Origin: Candidatus Gottesmanbacteria bacterium
GTDB lineage: Bacteria > Patescibacteriota > Microgenomatia > UBA10105 > UBA927
Assembly: GCA_030679255.1 (NCBI GenBank)
Contig: JAUXTO010000042.1
Span: forward strand, 44,714 to 108,713
DNA length: 64,000 nucleotides
Reading direction: 5' to 3'
How positions within the stretch are numbered: position 1 is the stretch's first letter; every line of letters begins with the position of its first letter. Of this stretch, positions 1-11,918 are shown in pieces. The notes beneath the pieces are model-generated. The model ran no database searches. It saw only the letters and a program-made list of their open reading frames with translations, and was not told where the DNA came from. The translations under genes and the position numbers were made by a program.

Positions 1-174
1 ATAGCCGGGCGTTCGACGGTCGAAAATCTTGTAGAGATCATCGAATTGCCCAAGAACGTCCACCCATTTTTTGTCGGTACCCAGTATCATCCTGAATATC
101 GATCCCGACCGCTTGTGCCGCATCCGCTGTTTCTTAGTTTTATCAACGCCTGCCGCCAACAACCAAAACGATGA
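1..174 (+). CDS. pyrG: CTP synthase, C-terminal end (partial)
   Basis: Frame +1 reads ...[40 protein letters not shown]...*, the PyrG glutaminase C-terminus (HPE motif); TGA overlaps the purB ATG. Confidence 0.9.
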   Translation: MAGRSTVENLVEIIELPKNVHPFFVGTQYHPEYRSRPLVPHPLFLSFINACRQQPKR

Positions 175-1565
175 TTGATTGGAACACGATTACTCCTCTT
201 ACGTCACTGACTCATCTGGATGGCAGAAATGCGTCCAAGCTTTTCGTCCTCAAACCCTATTTTTCTGAATTTGCCTGGATGCAGACGCGGCTCACGGTCA
301 TGATCGGGTACGCGATCGCACTTGCATCATCGCACGGGGTTAGTCTTGCCCTCTCCCAACAACGGCAATGCAAATCGTTGCACGCATCGTTTTCATTACG
401 TGATGCTCAAGAGGTCGTTGCCATTGAGCGCACCGTCAATCATGATCTCAAAGCCCTGGAGCTCTATTTGGCGGCTAGCCTTAAAAGGTCTCACCTTTTG
501 AGGCTAATTCCTTATATTAATCTTGGGATTGGATCAGAGGATATCAATTCCATGGCGTTTGCGTTACTCATGGTCGGAAGTAGGGATGACGTGATGATTC
601 CGGCAATCAGGAAGATGGCTAAACAGCTAATCGAGTTAGCGTTTACCCATCGCGCGACTGCCATGGTTGCCAGAACTCACGCCCAACCGGCAAATGTCAC
701 GACGTTTGGTAAAGAGATCGCCAATACACTATCGCGATTGAGCGACGAAATGGAAATCTTTCAAACCATGAAGTTTCAGGCAAAATGTTCCGGTGAAGTC
801 GGCACCTATCAGGCGTTTATGGGGTTGGGGAAGTCATTTGATGCGATGGTTTTTTGTGATCGATTTATCCGTTCCTTCGGGCTCACACCGTGTCCGGTGT
901 CTACACAAATCGCGCCGTATGACAGTCTTGTGCGCTTTTTGCAGAGTCTGTACCGTATCAACATCATTCTCTTGGACCTTTGTAAAAATATGTGGCTCTA
1001 TGTGCTTTTGGGATATCTGAAAGTAAAAAAGCTTGACGCAGAAGTGGGCTCTGCCGGCATGCCGCATAAAGTCAACCCTATCTATTTTGAAGGCGCGGAA
1101 GGGGGGCTGGAAATGGCAAACGGAATTATTGAACTTTTTGTGCGCAAGCTTCCGGTCAACCGCCTGCAACGGGATTTTTCAGATTCGACGATGCGGCGGA
1201 ATATAGTCCTTCCTTTGTCGTATAGCCTCTTGTCGTATCAGAGTATTGTGGAGGCCTTAGAACGGATTGATGTCGATACGGATGCGATTCAAAAAGATTT
1301 GGCGAGTCATGCGGAAGTCTGGACGGAAACGGTGAAAGCATACGGAACGACTCATGGCATCGATGATATGTATGATCGCTTAAAGAAGGCAACGCGCGGC
1401 CGGGTGCTGTCGCAAAAAGATTTGCAGGATATCATTACCGCACTGCCTCTCAATGAAAAAGAACAGCAAGAGTTGCGCAAATTTTGCGGTATGTATCCGA
1501 ATCCCTATCCGGGCAGAATCGTTGATGATGTTATCAAACGGACAAAGAAGGTTTTTAATTACTAA
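171..1565 (+). CDS. purB: Adenylosuccinate lyase
   Basis: [37 protein letters not shown] signature, RLQRD. Confidence 0.93.
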   Translation: MIDWNTITPLTSLTHLDGRNASKLFVLKPYFSEFAWMQTRLTVMIGYAIALASSHGVSLALSQQRQCKSLHASFSLRDAQEVVAIERTVNHDLKALELYLAASLKRSHLLRLIPYINLGIGSEDINSMAFALLMVGSRDDVMIPAIRKMAKQLIELAFTHRATAMVARTHAQPANVTTFGKEIANTLSRLSDEMEIFQTMKFQAKCSGEVGTYQAFMGLGKSFDAMVFCDRFIRSFGLTPCPVSTQIAPYDSLVRFLQSLYRINIILLDLCKNMWLYVLLGYLKVKKLDAEVGSAGMPHKVNPIYFEGAEGGLEMANGIIELFVRKLPVNRLQRDFSDSTMRRNIVLPLSYSLLSYQSIVEALERIDVDTDAIQKDLASHAEVWTETVKAYGTTHGIDDMYDRLKKATRGRVLSQKDLQDIITALPLNEKEQQELRKFCGMYPNPYPGRIVDDVIKRTKKVFNY

Positions 1566-4336
<2,771 letters not shown>

Positions 4337-4357
4337 GAAAGCTGGTAGAATAGCCGA

Positions 4358-4777
4358 ATGGCCAATCAAGTCACCTGGACATTGAGTGAAGGAGAGAATA
4401 AACAGTCCGTATTGATTCACATCGGAGATACGGTTCGTGTCCATTACAAACTGATTGAGCACGAAAAAGTAGCCGGCAAAACCAAGCGGGAAGTCAAAGA
4501 AGAAACCCGTGAACGGACCCAGGTCTTTGAAGGCATTTTGATCTCCATCCGCGGTAGTGGCGTCAACTGTATGTTTACGGTGCGTCATATGGGGACGGGC
4601 GCGGTAGGCATTGAACGTATTTTTCCGCTTATGTCCCCGTGGATAAGGAAAATGGAAGTGAAAAAGCACGGCGATGTCCGGCGTGCCAAACTTTATTATT
4701 TGCGCGGACGCCAAGGTAAGTCCGCTACCCGCATCGATGAGACAACGGTTCACATTCGACCCACCGGCGCCAAATAA
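4358..4777 (+). CDS. rplS: 50S ribosomal protein L19
   Basis: [41 protein letters not shown]. Confidence 0.96.
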   Translation: MANQVTWTLSEGENKQSVLIHIGDTVRVHYKLIEHEKVAGKTKREVKEETRERTQVFEGILISIRGSGVNCMFTVRHMGTGAVGIERIFPLMSPWIRKMEVKKHGDVRRAKLYYLRGRQGKSATRIDETTVHIRPTGAK

Positions 4778-5141
4778 GAATTTCCACAAGAAACGCCTCG
4801 GCAAAATCGGCGAAGACCTTGCCTGTGAGTATCTCCTTAATCACCAGTACACCATCATTGAACGGAATTTCCAGAAACGGTATGGGGAGCTCGATATCAT
4901 CGTGATCAAAGACAAGATACTTATCTTTGTAGAGGTAAAAACGAGAATCGGCAGACGATTTGGGTTGCCGGAAGAATCCGTGACACCCCGAAAACTTCGC
5001 GAAGTTATTCAGACTGCTCATTACTACAAGCTCCTCCATCCCGAGCTACCCGAAAGGATGAGGATCGACGTTATCGCCATAGAACTTGAAACGGACGAAA
5101 CCCTCAAAGCCTTCCGCCACATCGAAAACGTGACTTCATAG
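4737..5141 (+). CDS. yraN: YraN family (UPF0102) putative endonuclease; start uncertain
   Basis: [36 protein letters not shown]. Confidence 0.88.
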   Translation: MRQRFTFDPPAPNKNFHKKRLGKIGEDLACEYLLNHQYTIIERNFQKRYGELDIIVIKDKILIFVEVKTRIGRRFGLPEESVTPRKLREVIQTAHYYKLLHPELPERMRIDVIAIELETDETLKAFRHIENVTS

Positions 5142-5143
5142 TT

Positions 5144-5170
5144 GTCATTCCCGCGTAGGCGGGAATCCAG
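5144..5170. repeat. dRS3/RPE-like palindrome ATTCCC-N8-GGGAAT
   Basis: gtcATTCCCgcgtaggcGGGAATccag; supplies the last codons and stop of the thermonuclease. Confidence 0.7.
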
Positions 5171-5855
5171 TATTTGGGCACGTCTTTGCCTTCCGGAATC
5201 CCGCTTTCACCGCTTCTTTTTCCGTACAAAACCAACGGTCGCCGTGGTGGAGTTCAAGCTTGGTAGTCGCATACGTTTGACAGCCGGGGAAATGATAGGT
5301 GGGGATGCCGTTCGTCGTAACGTTTGCTTTTATGGAACATGATGGGTTTTTTGGATTTGTTTCTTGCGTACATAAGTTACTGAATATACCGACCTTCTTT
5401 TTACGGGCTTGATTTGTGGCATCCTTTAATTCCTGTAAGTCCAAATTTTCGCGGTCATTCATTTCCGCCCACCCGGAGGCGAGCATCGCCGTACTCACGA
5501 GCCCTTCATCCGTATACACGAGGCCCATCGAACGGCTGCCGATGTGATAGAGGACTTTCACATAGAGCGCTTTGTCGAGGATGAGTTTCTCGAGTTCTTT
5601 TTTTGCCTCTTCACTGCCACATTGTCCCATTTCGGGAGTGTTGATGCCCGAGAGCCGGATATACTGTTTCTCTTTGGTCTCAAACGTATCGCCGTCAAAG
5701 ACGCGGATGGCTGTATAGCTGGGGACGGGAACCGATTTTCCCTTTCCGAAGGAGAGCATTAATGTTGCACCAATAGCAACCGTTGCCGCAGCCACTCCGG
5801 TGATTTTCAGTTTGGAGAACCGTGGTTTGATTATGAGATTTACTCTTTCTTTCAC
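5145..5855 (-). CDS. Thermonuclease (SNase) family protein with N-terminal TM anchor and C-terminal Cys/His domain
   Basis: VFDGDTF, IRLSGINTPE, ARKKKVGIF, then CSIKAN..YHFPGC..Y..RWFCTEKEA..AGFR. Confidence 0.85.
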   Translation of the reverse strand: MKERVNLIIKPRFSKLKITGVAAATVAIGATLMLSFGKGKSVPVPSYTAIRVFDGDTFETKEKQYIRLSGINTPEMGQCGSEEAKKELEKLILDKALYVKVLYHIGSRSMGLVYTDEGLVSTAMLASGWAEMNDRENLDLQELKDATNQARKKKVGIFSNLCTQETNPKNPSCSIKANVTTNGIPTYHFPGCQTYATTKLELHHGDRWFCTEKEAVKAGFRKAKTCPNTGFPPTRE

Positions 5856-5897
5856 ATTTATATCGTAGTATACGAGCGCTGCTTGCCCTATGAAGGT

Positions 5898-6335
5898 TTA
5901 CCTGTGTTTATTTATCTCGAAGTGTCTATTTGTTATTGCACGAACACAAAAATATTTTCCCGCTATAAAATAAAATATTCTTGCGGTAGATTGAATTTTA
6001 TGCTCCATCAGATCCACGTCGGGACTTAAGTTGCTATACAATTTTTTATATGCTCCGCTATTGACTACCGATAGAATATCAATATTATTCTGTTTTAGGG
6101 TAATTTTATTGTAACAGTTTCCAACAGTGCGAAGGTTCATTAAAGCTTTTCGACCGCCATGTTTTTCTAGGTCTAGTATTTCACACAAATCATCACGGTA
6201 ATATTTGAACGTGATAGCAAATTTTTCATATTCCGGATCTTTTGATTGAGATATTTGAGCAGCAGTTTCGGGTATATATTTGTTTTCCCTTATAGGTTTG
6301 AATTGGGGTATTGGAGATGAGCCGTTGTTATGCAT
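5898..6335 (-). CDS. Putative toxin (RelE/ParE-like fold suspected), partner of the Panacea protein
   Basis: Overlaps the Panacea gene by 8 bp; basic C-terminus EHKIQSTARIFYF..FCVRAITNRH; AT-rich. Confidence 0.55.
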   Translation of the reverse strand: MHNNGSSPIPQFKPIRENKYIPETAAQISQSKDPEYEKFAITFKYYRDDLCEILDLEKHGGRKALMNLRTVGNCYNKITLKQNNIDILSVVNSGAYKKLYSNLSPDVDLMEHKIQSTARIFYFIAGKYFCVRAITNRHFEINKHR

Positions 6336-6795
6336 GTTTCAGGCTCTTGAAGTATTTTTTCATTTCCTTCTTGGATATGATATTGGTTGAGGCATCTCCT
6401 GCGCTTAATCCTTCGCGAGCCAACTGCCAGGGTTCTTCATTGTGCGTAAGGGTTTCAAGATATTCAGCTTCAAATTTGCCATACACCTTCCAAACTTCAT
6501 TTAACAGATCATCCGTCTTTAAGGAAGCAATTTCTTTGGGATCAATGATCACATTAATATTTTCATATCCGAATTTACGATATTGATCGTATATACTCGG
6601 TATGGCAGGGCCGTGTACCCAAGCCTGTATATCCTCTTTGAAAAGAGGTCTATCTTTTAGAGCTAAATACCACGCTTGGGCGTAGTACAATAGTTTTTGA
6701 AGTTTTTTGTTTGTGATTGTTTTGCCTTCAGTCGAAGCTTTCCAAATGAAGAATTTAGCAACGAGTGAGGCGCTAAAGGGAGTTTTTATTATCAT
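6328..6795 (-). CDS. Panacea domain (DUF4065/GepA/SocA-like) antitoxin
   Basis: ITNKKLQKLLYYAQ, FKEDIQAWVHGPAIP, LETLTHNEEPWQ; GGAGGTGA RBS before ATG 6795. Confidence 0.9.
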   Translation of the reverse strand: MIIKTPFSASLVAKFFIWKASTEGKTITNKKLQKLLYYAQAWYLALKDRPLFKEDIQAWVHGPAIPSIYDQYRKFGYENINVIIDPKEIASLKTDDLLNEVWKVYGKFEAEYLETLTHNEEPWQLAREGLSAGDASTNIISKKEMKKYFKSLKHA

Positions 6796-6923
6796 AAAAA
6801 TCACCTCCTCTTATATTATTTTCATCTGTAAGAAGGATAATGTCAATATAACAATATTTGTTTTGGGAACCATTGATGAGAAAGTAACACATTTACTGAT
6901 ATTTTGCTATAATAATCGCCTAG

Positions 6924-6998
6924 GGGTCGGTAGCTCAACGGTAGAGCAGTAGCCTTTTAAGCTATTGGTTCTGAGTTCGAATCTCAGCCGACTCACCA
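6924..6998 (+). tRNA. tRNA-Lys (anticodon TTT)
   Basis: Acceptor GGGTCGG/CCGACTC, D-arm TAGCTCAACGGTAGAGC, anticodon arm GTAGC-CTTTTAA-GCTAT, T-arm CTGAG-TTCGAAT-CTCAG, ACCA end; TATAAT upstream. Confidence 0.96.
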
Positions 6999-8491
6999 AC
7001 TTTGGCAGAGGGGGTACTATACTCCCTAGTCATCGCATATCCACGCCCTAATTCTGGTGTTCGAAATTTTATTCCTTCATAGACAAGTCCATTAGGGAAC
7101 ATCGAACACCCGATAGCCAGTTTGCCCTCAAGAGAGGCATCAATCCATACCCGTTTCATGTGAGAGAAGTAGTATTTGATAAAATTGACGCTGGTATCGA
7201 CATCAAGACGATCTATCTTTTTTTCACTAACAATACCCCGCTTCACTGCTAGCTGGGTTTCAAGATCATCTTTCATGGCGAGATATTCTTTGTCTGTATA
7301 TACACCTTTGGCGTTCTTGAGTCTCACTGTCCTCAACAATTCTTCAAGCTCTGCAATATCCCGGTGAACCTGATCCTCTGTATGGATGAGAAGGTTATTT
7401 TGAGCCTGCCACTTCTCGAGCACCATCTCTCCGAACCACTGCATATAGCCTTCGTCAAAAGTGATTCCATCAACAAGCTTGAGAAATGCTTCCTCTATAC
7501 CGTTCTCGCCGTCCTTACCATAGGAAATCACCTTATGTACGCCTCTTGTTGGACAGGCATAATACCCATATTTTTTGTATTTTCCCTTACTCCATGCGGA
7601 GGAGAGTTTTTTTCCACACTCACACCGGAGAATCCCCCTCAATGGGAAGTCCTCCCGTTGTTTCGCATATCGTTCTAGTTTTGATGGTCGCTTCCCTGTA
7701 AGTATCTCCCGGACACGGTAGAAGGTATCCAGGTCGATCATCGCCTCTTGCTGTCCGGTGGCTTCCCCATACTTCTGTGATACGAGAATACCTGCATAAA
7801 ACTTGTTAGAAAATACCCTGCTTGCTGATTGACGGAGAAACTTCTTGCACCGGCTGTCGTGTGTCAAGGTAAGCCCTAGTTTATTTATCTCTCTGGCTAC
7901 CTGAATCATGGAGAGTTTTTCCTGATCGACCCTATGCCACATAGTCTGAATGACTGGAAACCATGTCGGGTCTTTAACTGCAATGCTTTTTCCGTTCACT
8001 TTTTGCATTAGATATCCGATAGGAGGCTTTGAAGTTATATGTCCTTCGGTAAATCTTCTTTTAAGAGAGTTGGATACGTTCTGTGCCCTTTCCTCATTTT
8101 GATATTGATTGAATGATGCAAGGATCGTTTCGATCATTTTCTCTGCTGGTCTGTCGCCGGATGGTTCTGTAGTGGATATGAGACTGACGCCATGCTTTGC
8201 CATGAGTTCACGGATCACCAGGTAATCGAGTGTATTCCTATTAAGCCGTGAGAAGGCATAGACAATGATTGCGGATATATCGTTTTTGGGGTCTTTGACA
8301 AACGTGAGCATCTCCTGAAGTTGAGCCCTATCGGTCGTGGAAGCGCTAACTCCTTCTTCTCTGAATGTTTTGGCTACGATAAACCCCAATTGATCTGCCT
8401 TCTTTTGACACAGATCCTGCTGACTATCCAAAGAATAGCCATCAATTTGCTTATCACTGCTCACGCGGACATAAGTAACACAGTTTTTCAT
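6962..8491 (-). CDS. Large serine recombinase (integrase); 3' end runs antisense into tRNA-Lys
   Basis: YVRVSS catalytic motif, EEGVSA..DR..LQ, SRLNR, recombinase domain, zinc ribbon LRGILRCECG..YYAC, coiled coil; likely start ATG 8491. Confidence 0.95.
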   Translation of the reverse strand: MKNCVTYVRVSSDKQIDGYSLDSQQDLCQKKADQLGFIVAKTFREEGVSASTTDRAQLQEMLTFVKDPKNDISAIIVYAFSRLNRNTLDYLVIRELMAKHGVSLISTTEPSGDRPAEKMIETILASFNQYQNEERAQNVSNSLKRRFTEGHITSKPPIGYLMQKVNGKSIAVKDPTWFPVIQTMWHRVDQEKLSMIQVAREINKLGLTLTHDSRCKKFLRQSASRVFSNKFYAGILVSQKYGEATGQQEAMIDLDTFYRVREILTGKRPSKLERYAKQREDFPLRGILRCECGKKLSSAWSKGKYKKYGYYACPTRGVHKVISYGKDGENGIEEAFLKLVDGITFDEGYMQWFGEMVLEKWQAQNNLLIHTEDQVHRDIAELEELLRTVRLKNAKGVYTDKEYLAMKDDLETQLAVKRGIVSEKKIDRLDVDTSVNFIKYYFSHMKRVWIDASLEGKLAIGCSMFPNGLVYEGIKFRTPELGRGYAMTREYSTPSAKVGESAEIRTQNQ

Positions 8492-8664
8492 GCGAGTAGA
8501 TTTTGGGCAGCACATTTATTGTTGCGCCCCTTTAGTTTATTTTGCAATAGGTCAAGAGCAACATCGGCCAGCCGGGAGAATTTTTGGATCATCTCGGCTA
8601 CTTCTTGATCGGTCATATCTTTGATCTTATCTCCAAGTAGTTGTCTGGTGCGTTCAGTGGTCAT
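8488..8664 (-). CDS. Small 58-aa protein (not in ORF track), candidate directionality or regulatory factor
   Basis: MTTERTRQLLGDKIKDMTDQEVAEMIQKFSRLADVALDLLQNKLKG...; ATGA overlaps with both neighbours. Confidence 0.7.
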   Translation of the reverse strand: MTTERTRQLLGDKIKDMTDQEVAEMIQKFSRLADVALDLLQNKLKGRNNKCAAQNLLA

Positions 8665-8906
8665 GGTGTTTGTCTCAAAATAGTCCGAAACGTCCGGACA
8701 CTGTCCAATAGTGATCGTGGCGGGACACTTGCCTTGTTGCTAATAAACGCATTGACTTCTTCTTGTGCTATGTCTCCCGGGGAGAATTCCAGAGTTACCC
8801 TGCCGGTCATGTCCCGTTTCTGGGATATGAGCTTGAGTATTCCGAGCCCCGTTAGGTATAAAAGATAGGTAGCGAGATCCTGATCGCTTGATTTATAGGT
8901 GTCCAT
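8661..8906 (-). CDS. Small phage protein (DUF5659-like)
   Basis: MDTYKSSDQDLATYL...VTLEF; AGGAG RBS. Confidence 0.6.
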   Translation of the reverse strand: MDTYKSSDQDLATYLLYLTGLGILKLISQKRDMTGRVTLEFSPGDIAQEEVNAFISNKASVPPRSLLDSVRTFRTILRQTP

Positions 8907-9270
8907 GTGTTCTCCTTTTGGCTGCCGGTGTAAAGAATGGCCACAATTTGAGTAATAATCCTTCTTCTCGAACGGTAAACCACTGGTGATAGATGGATTC
9001 ATACTCACGACTATTACGATCAAGAAGCTGTAAGCGTGTTCGTAGCTCTACCTCATGTTTTTTTATGCTCTTGTGTGGATCATCCGGAGCAATCTCACTC
9101 AATTCCTGTAAACTGGCAGATCGAACCCGTTGTCTATGAAGGAGTTCCTTATCTATCTGCTGTAAATTGGTCTTGTCCAAGAAGGCGGGCTTTTCTGCTA
9201 TCCGTTCACGAAGTCTTGTAGCCATGGCTGATAATTTTTCATCTGGTAGTGCGTAGAGTTGTAGTTTCAT
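8893..9270 (-). CDS. Hypothetical coiled-coil protein
   Basis: 125 aa; ATGA overlap with helicase gene; GGAGG RBS. Confidence 0.65.
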   Translation of the reverse strand: MKLQLYALPDEKLSAMATRLRERIAEKPAFLDKTNLQQIDKELLHRQRVRSASLQELSEIAPDDPHKSIKKHEVELRTRLQLLDRNSREYESIYHQWFTVREEGLLLKLWPFFTPAAKRRTHGHL

Positions 9271-10859
9271 TCAATTACCTCCAAATTGTCTAAGAATTCG
9301 TCTTGTTCACTTTTCTTGTCATTGGTGGAGGTTGGTGGAACTTCGTAGGCACGAGGTGGAGCTTCGAGGCCTGTTTTACTAAACTCTCTATGCGAGAAGT
9401 CTCTAGAGGTAGTTTGTGGAAATGACCCTTGAACCTCCACCGTAGCCTCAAAATTGGTTGACGAACCTCCACCTGACAACGAAATTCCCCGGTAGAAATT
9501 GCCCTTTTTGCCCTCTAAGCGCTTGTAGCGTTCTCCTATCTTTTGGTAGAAGGTTTTGCTACCTAGCGATTCCTTTTTATCGTACCCCTGCTCAATGGCC
9601 CAAGCCTGGTATGCTTTCCACAAATCTGATGCTTTTGTTTCCACGGTCGGGAGCAATTCACACTTCTCGTTGATAAAGTCCGCCAACGTATCGCTTTCCT
9701 GTTGGTATTCGCTTGTCGCCTCAAGCACACACTGTGGAATAGGCTGCAAGCCCTCTTGTTGCCACAACAAGCAGCCTTGAATGAGCCAGTTGAGTATTCC
9801 CGATTGTTCTGTCTGGAGCTTTTGGGTCAGCTTGAGGTCTTGTTGGGCCGTGGTAAAAATACGGGTAAAGGGGATCAGTCGAACCCGGCGCCAGAATCCA
9901 AGAGAATCATCGCTCACAAGCGGTTTATGATTGACGAATAACCATATTTTGCAATGGGGCTCAAAGGTAAACCCCTCCGCATACAGGTAACGTGCCGTGA
10001 TTGCATCACCACCGGATATGTTTTTGAGCCTAGATTCATCTATCTTGCGTCCACCTAGCACCTCAGACGATACCACCATGCGCTTGAATTCCAGGGATGC
10101 TAGGTCGTTTGATGTGGTCGTTTGATTCCGTTGAAAGGTATGAAATGGTGCGTCGTGACTGTAATCTCCAAGTACATTCCGAAGTGTTGAAAAGAGGACG
10201 CTTTTACCGTTGCTACCGATCCCATAACAAAAGAACACGACCTGTTCCGATGTATCGCCCGTGAGGGTGTACCCAAGTGCCTTGTGAACAAAGCGAATAA
10301 GCTCCTCATTGCCCTCAAAGATTTCACCGATAAACTGTTCCCACCGTGGGCAGGTAGCAGCCGGATCATAAGATATATGCGTCGACATGGTGATCCGGTC
10401 TTCTTGTTTTCCTTCTCGGAACGATCCGTCATTGAGGTCAATAATCCCGTTTTCACAAGCGAGGAGATTTTTGTGCTGATCCCATTCCTGCCCGTTGTCT
10501 GCAATTGGAAGAAGATTTTTTGCGATTCCTGTTGACGCATCAAGACGCATCTTAGATTCACTTTGTATGGCCCATTTAGCTACTGCGGTACGCTTTGATA
10601 AATCTTCAATATCTTTTGCATCGCTATAGAGTTGTTTGACTGCCAGCACCGCAAATCGGTTAATCTCTCCGGAATCATCGGGACACCATCGGGGGGATTT
10701 CCAAAGCAGCCATCGCTTGCGGCGGTGATCGAAGCGCACCCTATCCCCAAACAGTTCAACGATCTTTTCAGCGTTAGACGTATCGGTGCATCGGATAGGT
10801 TCACTACTTGGGTTGATTAGCTTCATTGTTTTATCGATAATTTGGTCTGCTGTTTTCAT
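9267..10859 (-). CDS. P4-family/D5-like SF3 helicase
   Basis: TDTSNAE..RFDH..RWLLW (D5_N), CENGIIDL, Walker A YGIGSNGKS, ISGGDAITARYLY, FWRRVRLIPF. Confidence 0.92.
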   Translation of the reverse strand: MKTADQIIDKTMKLINPSSEPIRCTDTSNAEKIVELFGDRVRFDHRRKRWLLWKSPRWCPDDSGEINRFAVLAVKQLYSDAKDIEDLSKRTAVAKWAIQSESKMRLDASTGIAKNLLPIADNGQEWDQHKNLLACENGIIDLNDGSFREGKQEDRITMSTHISYDPAATCPRWEQFIGEIFEGNEELIRFVHKALGYTLTGDTSEQVVFFCYGIGSNGKSVLFSTLRNVLGDYSHDAPFHTFQRNQTTTSNDLASLEFKRMVVSSEVLGGRKIDESRLKNISGGDAITARYLYAEGFTFEPHCKIWLFVNHKPLVSDDSLGFWRRVRLIPFTRIFTTAQQDLKLTQKLQTEQSGILNWLIQGCLLWQQEGLQPIPQCVLEATSEYQQESDTLADFINEKCELLPTVETKASDLWKAYQAWAIEQGYDKKESLGSKTFYQKIGERYKRLEGKKGNFYRGISLSGGGSSTNFEATVEVQGSFPQTTSRDFSHREFSKTGLEAPPRAYEVPPTSTNDKKSEQDEFLDNLEVIE

Positions 10860-11398
10860 ATCAATCTCCTCACCGCATCCGGAAAACTATACTTGTCGTG
10901 ATTCATCAAGTAGTCGATGGCTGACCCACCGTGAGCAGCACATCCAAAGCAGTGGTAGGAGTTGTCTTTGGTATAGAAGTAAAAAGACGCGGTTCGTTCT
11001 TCATGGAAGGGGCAGAGTGCCTTGAAGTTATGCCCGGAACGGATAAGGCGGCCGTCATAGAGTTCGTGGGTGGGATATTCCTTTGCCCTGTCTATCTGGT
11101 CTTGAGAGAGAAAATTAGATGGCTTTGATTCCTGTGGCAAACACCGAAGGTACAAATCGCACCAATAGGCCAACTCTGCTTTTAACTGATCCCGTTTCCG
11201 TTGTTCTGCAAACTGGATATACCACGGTGCGCGGTTGGTTCCCATCCTGTGGCCAAGATACTCTCGTTGGGCAGGTGTGAAACGGCGGGAGTTGTGTACC
11301 ATGGTGGTGTACTCCCAGACCTTCTCCTTGAAGATTGGCTTAATGTCGTCTTTGCCGAATATGTCTATAGTTTGGTTCATTGTCATAATACTCTCCAT
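10856..11398 (-). CDS. CHC2 zinc finger (DnaG-type zinc-binding domain) protein
   Basis: LCPFHEERTASF...YHCFGC..HG..IDYLM..SFPDAVRRL. Confidence 0.9.
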   Translation of the reverse strand: MESIMTMNQTIDIFGKDDIKPIFKEKVWEYTTMVHNSRRFTPAQREYLGHRMGTNRAPWYIQFAEQRKRDQLKAELAYWCDLYLRCLPQESKPSNFLSQDQIDRAKEYPTHELYDGRLIRSGHNFKALCPFHEERTASFYFYTKDNSYHCFGCAAHGGSAIDYLMNHDKYSFPDAVRRLI

Positions 11399-11409
11399 TT
11401 CTGCCCACT

Positions 11410-11458
11410 AAAAAACCCCCGTACCATTGGACTAATAAAATCCAATCGTACAGAGGTT
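11410..11458 (-). terminator. Intrinsic terminator/attenuator upstream of the replication-integrase operon
   Basis: Minus strand AACCTCTGTACGATTGGA-loop-TCCAATGGTACGGGGGTT followed by a T-tract. Confidence 0.65.
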
Positions 11459-11573
11459 GGTCAGACGGTTACCTTATACCGAAGGGTAGCTCAGGATGTC
11501 AGCTTTCTCAGCTCGACTATCGTCCGTTACTGTTCTTTCAACTGACGCCCAAAGACTTTGTGCTATGTGAACG

Positions 11574-11816
11574 TCAGATTTTCTTTTTATCTTTACCCAT
11601 CATTTTAATTTTATCGTCGTGTATAGCAGTAAGTGACGGTGAACGCATAAACTTCATAATGTTTTCACCAAGAACAACATTCTTTCGTCCAACTTTAGAC
11701 GAAACTAGTTTTCCCGATTTCATAAGTTTATAAATAGAACGAACATCGACGTTCATCGTTTCAGCTACTTCGTCCGGTCCGTATACTTTAAGTGGCACTA
11801 TTGGTTTAATATCCAT
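11574..11816 (-). CDS. Excisionase-like helix-turn-helix protein
   Basis: YGPDEVAETMNVDVRSIYKLMKSGKL.SSKVGR; TATACT 6 nt upstream of ATG 11816. Confidence 0.85.
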   Translation of the reverse strand: MDIKPIVPLKVYGPDEVAETMNVDVRSIYKLMKSGKLVSSKVGRKNVVLGENIMKFMRSPSLTAIHDDKIKMMGKDKKKI

Positions 11817-11883
11817 AATCGCAGTATACACCCCATTATCTCTAAATGCAATAGGGCAAAAAGCAATTGAATACATCTACCTC

Positions 11884-11912
11884 TTGACACTGATCTCTAC
11901 AGGGTATACGCT
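11884..11912 (+). promoter_or_regulatory. Sigma70-type promoter
   Basis: TTGACA (11884-89), 17-bp spacer, TACGCT (11907-12). Confidence 0.65.
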
Positions 11913-11918
11913 TGAGTA

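Noticed and set aside
1040-1080. PurB signature GSAGMPHK instead of GSSxMPHK
   Set aside because: The first Ser, which I take to be the catalytic one, and the Lys are retained; no evidence of inactivation
7056-7067. 12-bp direct repeat GGTGTTCGAAAT (also 21673-21684) as the att core
   Set aside because: It would leave the integrase 3' end in the empty chromosome and truncate the excised gene; the CTCAC junction at the tRNA end gives an in-frame extension and the 5-bp motif shift. Not fully excluded, and it may be an accessory binding site.
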